IMG/VR virus record: IMGVR_UViG_3300004686_000013 | Span: 1 to 26,414 of that record | DNA from: a virus | Lineage: Duplodnaviria > Caudoviricetes | Length of the DNA: 26,414 bases | Strand: one strand, 5' to 3' | Shown here: positions 9,245 through 15,869 of the stretch, in pieces | Numbering within the stretch: the first letter of the stretch is position 1 | Layout: every line of letters starts with the position of its first letter | Position numbers and translations under genes: made by a program | The notes under the pieces: generated by a model | Seen by the model: only the letters and a program-made list of their open reading frames with translations | The model's database searches: none | What the model was told of the DNA's origin: nothing

Positions 9245-9661
9245 TCAATAGATAAAATCCGGGTCAGATACCCGCATCCGAACACTGGCGTCGCCTACTA
9301 TTCGACAATCGACAGTGTCATCTTTGGATATTGACTTCTGAAGAGTGTTTAAGGTCACTCGCCAGCCGTCAGAGGGCCTAAAAACGATCCAATCACCTAC
9401 ATTTATGTCCCTAAACTTGTTTCCGTTGTCATCAACGTAGCAAAATGGGCCCATTTTTACGACTAATCCAACTTTTCCTTGGTGAACATCCTCTGTTCGA
9501 GTGCTGTCAGCCAATATTAACCCGGATTTTGTCTTTTCAGGACGTTTGTAAATCGCAACCAGCATGTCGGATCCAAAAACATCCACCCCAGATAAGTCAC
9601 CAACTCGATCCAAAATCGCTTGTTTCGGATCAACTTCATGTAACATCGCTATTGCTGGCAA
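9245..9661 (-). CDS. groES: GroES-like co-chaperonin (Cpn10)
   Basis: EKTKSGLILADS mobile loop, GLVVKMGP, INVGDWIVF. TTG 9661 preferred over GTG 9670 on AGGAG spacing. Confidence 0.88.
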   Translation of the reverse strand: MPAIAMLHEVDPKQAILDRVGDLSGVDVFGSDMLVAIYKRPEKTKSGLILADSTRTEDVHQGKVGLVVKMGPFCYVDDNGNKFRDINVGDWIVFRPSDGWRVTLNTLQKSISKDDTVDCRIVGDASVRMRVSDPDFIY

Positions 9662-9728
9662 TGTCGACACTCCTATTTATCCCAGAACGCGCGTCTGGGG
9701 TCGCTTTCCAAGAGCATCTTGGAAATTT

Positions 9729-10232
9729 CTAAAAACTTCTCTCAAATTGCCCATAGTTTTTTATTGCGGCCAATTGATATGCGATAGAGGCGGCAGCAGG
9801 ACAATCAAATAAACCAAGATGTTTACTTATTTTTCCTATTTTAGCTCGCCACATTCCTGATTGTTTATGCCAATAAACACCTTTAGGAGGCCATGCTCGC
9901 ATTGGACGTTTATTTTGATTTTGTTGAGATCTCGTCGCTAAACGCAAGTTTTCCCATCTATTGTCTAATGGATCACAATTTATGTGGTCTATTTCAGATT
10001 TAGGAAAACTTCCTGTCATATATAGCCATGCTATACGATGGGCCCGATAGGCTTTTCCTAAAATCCAAAGTTGACATCTTCCTTTTGCGTCTAATGTTCC
10101 GGCTTTTTTACCAGCCCACTTAGCATCCCATGCAGGTATTCCATGATTTTTATGGAAAAACCATCCAGTTAGTTGATCATAATATAATATTGATTTTAAA
10201 TATTTTTGCGTGATATTTGATAAATTAGCCAT
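9729..10232 (-). CDS. HNH homing endonuclease with C-terminal AP2-like domain
   Basis: YRAHRIAWLYMTG...IDHINCDPLDNRWENLRLATRSQQNQN; KGVYWHKQSGMWRAKI...LGLFD. Start ATG 10232 follows GGAGA. Confidence 0.92.
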   Translation of the reverse strand: MANLSNITQKYLKSILYYDQLTGWFFHKNHGIPAWDAKWAGKKAGTLDAKGRCQLWILGKAYRAHRIAWLYMTGSFPKSEIDHINCDPLDNRWENLRLATRSQQNQNKRPMRAWPPKGVYWHKQSGMWRAKIGKISKHLGLFDCPAAASIAYQLAAIKNYGQFERSF

Positions 10233-10260
10233 TTGCTTATCTCCAGAAAGCTTGTGGTTA

Positions 10261-10300
10261 AAGGGGTGGAGATGGTGACACATCTCTATCCCTTGTTTTT
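10261..10300 (+). terminator. 14-bp hairpin plus U-tract, antisense to the HNH leader
   Basis: AAGGGGTGGAGATG-GTGACA-CATCTCTATCCCTT-GTTTTT; two G-U pairs form only on the plus strand. Confidence 0.55.
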
Positions 10301-10508
10301 AGCGCCTTTTATCTTCTATTCCCAGGACCTTTTTCTGGGCTTCTTGTGCGGCATTCAGAGCATCTGATATGCCCTTCAAGCGACCTACCCTGTGTCGATA
10401 GTCGTCGAAGCTTTGGGCCTTGCCGTTTGCCAACTCTAGCGTGAGTTGTTCATACAAATCGGCAAGGATTTTCACTAGCTCATCATAGAGCATCAAATCT
10501 AAGTTCAT
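10299..10508 (-). CDS. Small conserved hypothetical protein (69 aa)
   Basis: Helical; 'NGKAQSFDDYRHRVGRLKGI' motif; abuts the upstream stop codon (TAA ATG). Confidence 0.75.
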   Translation of the reverse strand: MNLDLMLYDELVKILADLYEQLTLELANGKAQSFDDYRHRVGRLKGISDALNAAQEAQKKVLGIEDKRR

Positions 10509-11774
10509 TTACCCGCCAGTTTTGCTATTAGGCGTCGGATTTTGTCCTTGCAGATAATTGAGGAGCGCTTGGTTCCCAAATTGGTTCTGCAATGCACTCA
10601 TTCCAGCATTATAAGAAGCAACATAAGGGTCTACTGATCCGCCAACGTCGGGCGTTACTGCTTGGGATTGCATGAATGCGTCACCGGCAGGGCTATTCAT
10701 AATAGCGTTTTCTACGTCTTGGCGTGTGGCCAAACCTTTATTTAACTGATCAGTCCAATATTGCGCCTCTTGTTGGCTTGGATTTCTTCCCACATCAGAT
10801 TGGAATACTTGGTTGATAAAGTTTCCGCTCTGATTGGCGTAGTCTGCCAAAGAAGCTTCGATTTGTCCTTGTGTTGTTGTCCCGGACGTAAGTGCGTCAG
10901 TCCAATATTTTAATCCCTCAGGATCTGGGTCTCTTCCCATATATTGCTGATAGGCAGCATTTAGGAATTGATCCGTCGGCAAATTCTGCGACGAAACACT
11001 TGCGTCGTAGTTTTGGTAATGCCCGGGTAAGTTTTGCGCTGTGCTTGTGTATTTTAATGCCGGAGAAGTAGAGGCCGGCATTTTTGCTAATACGTCTGGC
11101 GGCAGTGTGGACAACGAAGAAGCCGGAACTGTCAAACCGGCAGGCGGTCCAGATGTAGGACCTCCTTGAGCCGTTTGTCCTGCCGGTGGGGCAGGTTGAT
11201 TAGCAGCTTGCTGCGCTTGCATTGCAGCCTGAACTTGCGGTGGAAGAAGATTAGGGTCCATCTGGCCAAATCTGGCTAGTGTATCTCCCGTCATCATCAT
11301 CGAATTTGGCTGATTATACATTGAGCCAAATGCCGCTAGTGGAGCCTGCGCAAATCCTTGAGCCGGGCCTGGAGCGTTAAATGCCGCAAGACCTGCCGCC
11401 TGTTGCTGCTGAGGTGTCCCACCAGATGGGGCAGACGTAGCAGGATTGCTACCGGCTAATATACCACCATCAGCTCTTCTTGCCCTTCCGCCATATCGAC
11501 GGCCTTGCTGAGAAGATCCAGCCCACGACGGAGTTATCCCCGCAGTTGCAGGCTGGTTTTGTGGCTGAGGCGGCTGAGCAACCGGAGCGGGCTGGGAGCT
11601 AACATCCATGCCGTTATCATACATGGCTGATCGCGTCCCAAACCCATCATGGGTCGGAGATTGCTCAAGTGACTTACCCAGGGTTTGATTACCTGCATTC
11701 TGAACCTGATTAGGGTCAGCTGCTTGCGGAGAAGCGGCAAAGCTGTCCTGGGTATTCTGATACTGAGAACCCAT
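10509..11774 (-). CDS. Gln/Pro/Ala-rich virion-associated protein with two DUF4214-like repeats; may be expressed as a -1 frameshift fusion with 11807..12955
   Basis: FLNAAYQQYMGRDPDPEGLKYWTDAL and FINQVFQSDVGRNPSQQEAQYWTDQL; ends KTGG-stop; no clear SD before ATG 11774. Confidence 0.8.
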   Translation of the reverse strand: MGSQYQNTQDSFAASPQAADPNQVQNAGNQTLGKSLEQSPTHDGFGTRSAMYDNGMDVSSQPAPVAQPPQPQNQPATAGITPSWAGSSQQGRRYGGRARRADGGILAGSNPATSAPSGGTPQQQQAAGLAAFNAPGPAQGFAQAPLAAFGSMYNQPNSMMMTGDTLARFGQMDPNLLPPQVQAAMQAQQAANQPAPPAGQTAQGGPTSGPPAGLTVPASSLSTLPPDVLAKMPASTSPALKYTSTAQNLPGHYQNYDASVSSQNLPTDQFLNAAYQQYMGRDPDPEGLKYWTDALTSGTTTQGQIEASLADYANQSGNFINQVFQSDVGRNPSQQEAQYWTDQLNKGLATRQDVENAIMNSPAGDAFMQSQAVTPDVGGSVDPYVASYNAGMSALQNQFGNQALLNYLQGQNPTPNSKTGG

Positions 11775-11806
11775 AAGACCGCCAAAGCCTGTCGTGGCTC
11801 CTCCGC

Positions 11807-12955
11807 CTAGATAAAACCCTTCCGGCCAGCTTTATATGCCGCAAGTTCTTCTTTCTGGAGGCGGCCTTCGCCTGAACCAGCGCCGGCCGTGAGGTCCTGT
11901 GTAGAGCGAACTTTACCACCTCGTTTAAATGGACGGGGTGGCATACCGCCTGGCGCACCCATACCCGGAGCGCCCCCTAATCCCTGTGGCATACCGCCCA
12001 TTGGAGGTGCCGGCGGCATTGCTCCGCCCATTGGTGGGGCTGGTGGCATTCCGCCCATAGGAGGTGCCATAGGGGCGCCACCTGGAGGCATTGGAGGCAT
12101 GCCGCCCGGAGCGCCGCCCACTGGAGGCATGGGGGGGCGTGGCATCCCTCCAGCTGGCATAGGAGGTAAGCCCCCCATTGGATTTGTCTGACCACGGCTA
12201 TCATTGAAATTAATTGTCACGCCACCTTTGGTAGCAGACTTGCCGCCACCTAAAGATGTGCCGCCGCTAAGAGATCCGCCATCAGCGCGCTTTGCACGAC
12301 CACCTTTACGGAGACCTTCCATGCTCTGCTGCTCGTCATGCTTTTTATCAAGAGCGGATTTCTCCCACTTCTCCATCGACATGCCGTGCTTTTTAGCAAG
12401 CTTCTTATCTTCGCGTAGGTCTTCCTTGGAATGTTCCCACTCCATGTGTCCGACCTTGCCACCCTTTTTCATGGCGTATTGGCCTTTGCCAAGATTGCCT
12501 TTGCGATAATCTTCGGGGGAAATCTTATTAGCTTCTCTCTCCGCGTAATTTCGCATAGCCTGCTTATCAGCCTCGGAAGGGCCAGATTGAGATTTCTCGG
12601 ATTTCAAGCCTTTCAAACGCTCCTCAGAACGCATGGCTTCCTCTGGGCTAGGCAACATACCGCCGTCATCACGCTTTTTACGGGAAGCTTTGTCCAAGCG
12701 CTTTAAAGACATGGCGCCCTTAACAGAGCCACCAGCCTTGCGCATGATACGTGGATTGACTTCTTGTGAAAGCTTCGGCTCAGCGAAGATAACGCCAAGG
12801 CCAGCCTGTTCATTGGTGTTCAGGCCCTTCTCGCCATCCCAGCCGTCTTCAGTTTTTTTCTTAGCTGATTTGGCTGCCTTTGAGCCTTTTCCAGCATAAG
12901 TATCAATCTTTTTATCATGGCCTGCTTTGGCCTCTTTAGCATATGGATGTGCCAT
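11807..12955 (-). CDS. Lys-rich / Gly-Met-Pro-rich low-complexity protein with six xxxGG motifs (putative internal virion protein)
   Basis: RKAGGSV, RDDGGML, MKKGGKV, LRKGGRA, RADGGSL, FKRGGKV; GGMPP repeats; C-terminal GAGSGEGRLQK. Confidence 0.8.
   Translation of the reverse strand: MAHPYAKEAKAGHDKKIDTYAGKGSKAAKSAKKKTEDGWDGEKGLNTNEQAGLGVIFAEPKLSQEVNPRIMRKAGGSVKGAMSLKRLDKASRKKRDDGGMLPSPEEAMRSEERLKGLKSEKSQSGPSEADKQAMRNYAEREANKISPEDYRKGNLGKGQYAMKKGGKVGHMEWEHSKEDLREDKKLAKKHGMSMEKWEKSALDKKHDEQQSMEGLRKGGRAKRADGGSLSGGTSLGGGKSATKGGVTINFNDSRGQTNPMGGLPPMPAGGMPRPPMPPVGGAPGGMPPMPPGGAPMAPPMGGMPPAPPMGGAMPPAPPMGGMPQGLGGAPGMGAPGGMPPRPFKRGGKVRSTQDLTAGAGSGEGRLQKEELAAYKAGRKGFI
11813..11819 (-). other. Candidate -1 programmed ribosomal frameshift site G GGU UUU
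   Basis: X XXY YYZ heptamer in the correct phase two codons before the TAG of 11807..12955. The -1 frame is open into 10509..11774. Confidence 0.6.
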
Positions 12956-12982
12956 CGTCTTATACCTGTTGTTGATGGGAAG

Positions 12983-13051
12983 AGGCTCAGACGGCGCGTC
13001 CGATTAGCCTATAAGATTGTAAAATATCGGCACTACGGCGCGTAGGTCGAT
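12983..13051 (-). promoter_or_regulatory. Two GCGCC-loop hairpins in the 5' leader of 11807..12955
   Basis: Minus strand ATCG..CTAC-GCGCC-GTAG..CGAT and AGGCT..GAC-GCGCC-GTC..AGCCT. Confidence 0.7.
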
Positions 13052-13090
13052 TGTATCATAAAGCAAAGATTTTCATACCTTTGCGAGTTA

Positions 13091-15868
13091 TCAATGTTTT
13101 TTAGCAGCCCTCATATTATCCACGAGATTTGGATAAGGGCGCCCGGCAGCCTTAGCCGCAGCTTTAGCAGATGACTTTTGCTCGCTTGTTAGTGGATCTG
13201 GCTTACCAAGTGACTTAGGACGAGGTTTATCCCACACTGGTCCGCCAGTTTTATATTTCCTAGCCACCGAAAGGGCGTCACTAACAGCCCCGCCTTTATT
13301 CATTTGTCCTGGTGCTAATCCTTGACCGCCAGTTCCAGGGACAGCAGATCCGTCAACAACCATAGGTGATAAATATAAAGACCCAGGATCGGGCGTTCCT
13401 GTGGAAGTTCCTAATGTTCCGGCAGTTCCACTACCAGAAGGCAATCCTGTGTAACCAAGTTGATAATAATCAATTGGAGTGGTTGCTGTTGGACCAGGAA
13501 TATTCGCCGTAGCAAGCGTTGATCCAGCTCCAGAAGATGGAGCAACGCCTGTTCCAATGCCAGATCCCACTCCAACAGGAACGCCTATTGAAGCCCCAGC
13601 GCCAGAATTAACACCAACATTACCGCCGGCACCTGTGCCTGCTAATTGTTGACCTAAATTAGTTCCTGGCTGTGTGCCGCCGGTAATAGTTCCGCTACCA
13701 ACTGAAGTGCCAGTTCCCGTAGTAGGAAGTGTCCCAGCATATGGGACATATTGTCCTTGAGCATTTTTTGTAAATTGATAATTTGCTAACTGGCTTCTTG
13801 AAATGATTGTTGACGGATCCTGATAAAATGGACCGGGGGTAGCATTATCAGCCAAAACATTTTGATAACTAGCGTCGTCCAAAACTTTTACAGGTTTACC
13901 ATTAATCATTACAGTCGACATATACGGAATAGTATTTCCTTGAACAGTATTGGATGGAATAGTTTGCGTCTGCGGTGGAGGAGTTATTTGGTAAGGTTGA
14001 TAACTGCTTCCCTGAGACGTTGCATACTGTTTACCTTCATCAGATTGGGGCAAATATTTAGCCAATACATCTTGTGTTACTTGCCCTGTTCCTAATTGGC
14101 CAGTCCAATATTGCTGTTCTGCTGAAGTTGGGGCGCGACCAAAATCCTGTTGATACGCATCATTTAAAAAAGAAGAGTTTTTAAAATATTGTTGTGCAGG
14201 GTCGCTTCCTGCAAATGCAACCTCCACTGATTGAGGCGTTGCTGTTCCTGCACGTAATTGATCTGTCCAATATTTAACACCATTTGGATCAGGAGGTGTG
14301 CCAAGATCGTTTTTATATAGTTTATTAATAAAATCAGTGTAATCAGATGGAATTAATTTAGCTGGATCGGCCGCTACCGCCTTTAGGTTGTCAGGAATAT
14401 TATAATCAACAAAAGATTTACCATAATCACCTTTCGAGGCATTTGGTGCTATTTGTTGAAGCTGTTGTTGTATTCCTTCAGCATATCCCAATCTTTTTTG
14501 GAATGTGCTTTTCGCGTCTTGCGCCGCTGAACTATTAGAGGAAATATTCCCTCGGCTATTTATAAACGCCCCAGGGCTTTCTACTGCCAATGCTCCGGCC
14601 ACAGCAGATTGGAGATCTGGAGCATAGTTCATATAATCATTAACAGATGAAGGATTAGCGAGATCGTATGATGATCCTAAATTTCCTGTAGTATAATTTA
14701 CCCAAAACGATGTTTGAGCTGCTGGATCGGATGGACTTAAATTATTAGCTTTTGCATATTTTTGAAAGGCAGTATTCATTGGGCCAGTAAATTGAAACGC
14801 ACCATAACCACCGCCACCACCAGTTTGCGGCTGATTAAAGTTTAAATAATAGTTTCCATCAGAATTGGCCTTGGATGATTGTCCTTCAGTAGCAGCATTT
14901 GCAGCATAAGCAATGGCCGCATTGTAGGACATCCCTTGGTTCATCAAGTTTAAGGCCAAATTAGTGGCATTTGTCCAATCATATTTTTTAGGAATGTCTG
15001 CCGTCGATGATTGAATATTTTTAGGATCAGACAACCATTGGACTGAATTTTGAGCGCCTGAAGATAAATTTGTCCACCCTAAATTATAGCCCGTCCTAGA
15101 TGTGTCACCAACATATTGACTAGGATCTGTTGTCCCGCCCGATAACCCAGATGTGCTTTGTCCACCGGTAGCACGATATTTTCGGGCTACTTCCAAAGCC
15201 CCACCATCAGAACACTTCCACTTTCTCAAAGATTTATTAATCCGGCTATCTGGATCATTGGCTGTCTCAGAGCTGGTAAGCTTAGCTTTCATGCCTTTCA
15301 TACGAGCGCAGAAACTATCTTTACGGGATCCGCCTTCCGGCTGAGGACGCTTAATGTCATGACCCTCGGAACGGAGAGAAGCTCGACCCTTTTCGTTCAA
15401 CCCGCCCTCTGGGTTTTTGCCCTCAGACCTTTGCCAAGCCGGTGTCTTAGCCATCTTATTATTCCCTCGTGCCGATCCGCCAGTAGCCATTCCGGCAGGC
15501 TTAGGCCAATCTTGCTCTGGCGACCATGCAGGATATTTGTCTTTACCAAGTTCAAAGAAGGGAGACTTTCCTTCTGCTTCACGGCGTTTTGCAGCTTCAT
15601 AAGCCCTATTATCAGTATCTTGTGGTGGGCTTCTATGAAGTCTTTCCGCCATTAATACAGCTGCCTTGTCGGCATCGCTTATATTTTCATAAATAGACGG
15701 ATATTGGATTTCTCTATCTGAAGAATATTCAGAAACTATTCCAGAGTTGTCTAAATTTTTAATTGGACCGAGAAAACCAATATCTTTTGATTTAAGCGCA
15801 TCTAATTTATCTGTTTCTGGGTTGTATCTTTGCCCCCATGGATGTCGAAGAGGAAGTGTCTTAGCCAT
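13091..15868 (-). CDS. Multi-module virion protein: N-terminal module, DUF6321-like basic module, phage tail lysozyme-like domain, two DUF4214-like repeats, Gly/Thr linker, basic C-terminal module
   Basis: KTPAWQRSEGKNPEGGLN...SFCARM...SLRKWKC; GMSYNAAIAYAANAATE...GYGAFQFTG...AQTSF...RLGYA; modules separated by xxxGG motifs. Start ATG 15868 follows GGAGAG. Confidence 0.8.
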   Translation of the reverse strand: MAKTLPLRHPWGQRYNPETDKLDALKSKDIGFLGPIKNLDNSGIVSEYSSDREIQYPSIYENISDADKAAVLMAERLHRSPPQDTDNRAYEAAKRREAEGKSPFFELGKDKYPAWSPEQDWPKPAGMATGGSARGNNKMAKTPAWQRSEGKNPEGGLNEKGRASLRSEGHDIKRPQPEGGSRKDSFCARMKGMKAKLTSSETANDPDSRINKSLRKWKCSDGGALEVARKYRATGGQSTSGLSGGTTDPSQYVGDTSRTGYNLGWTNLSSGAQNSVQWLSDPKNIQSSTADIPKKYDWTNATNLALNLMNQGMSYNAAIAYAANAATEGQSSKANSDGNYYLNFNQPQTGGGGGYGAFQFTGPMNTAFQKYAKANNLSPSDPAAQTSFWVNYTTGNLGSSYDLANPSSVNDYMNYAPDLQSAVAGALAVESPGAFINSRGNISSNSSAAQDAKSTFQKRLGYAEGIQQQLQQIAPNASKGDYGKSFVDYNIPDNLKAVAADPAKLIPSDYTDFINKLYKNDLGTPPDPNGVKYWTDQLRAGTATPQSVEVAFAGSDPAQQYFKNSSFLNDAYQQDFGRAPTSAEQQYWTGQLGTGQVTQDVLAKYLPQSDEGKQYATSQGSSYQPYQITPPPQTQTIPSNTVQGNTIPYMSTVMINGKPVKVLDDASYQNVLADNATPGPFYQDPSTIISRSQLANYQFTKNAQGQYVPYAGTLPTTGTGTSVGSGTITGGTQPGTNLGQQLAGTGAGGNVGVNSGAGASIGVPVGVGSGIGTGVAPSSGAGSTLATANIPGPTATTPIDYYQLGYTGLPSGSGTAGTLGTSTGTPDPGSLYLSPMVVDGSAVPGTGGQGLAPGQMNKGGAVSDALSVARKYKTGGPVWDKPRPKSLGKPDPLTSEQKSSAKAAAKAAGRPYPNLVDNMRAAKKH

Positions 15869-15869
15869 C

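Noticed and set aside
11534-11809. Stop-codon readthrough of TAG 11807 into ORF 11534..11785
   Set aside because: The in-frame continuation is not protein-like; the long downstream ORF is in the -1 frame.
11889-12899. Plus-strand ORFs opposite 11807..12955
   Set aside because: Antisense shadows of GC-rich low-complexity coding sequence.
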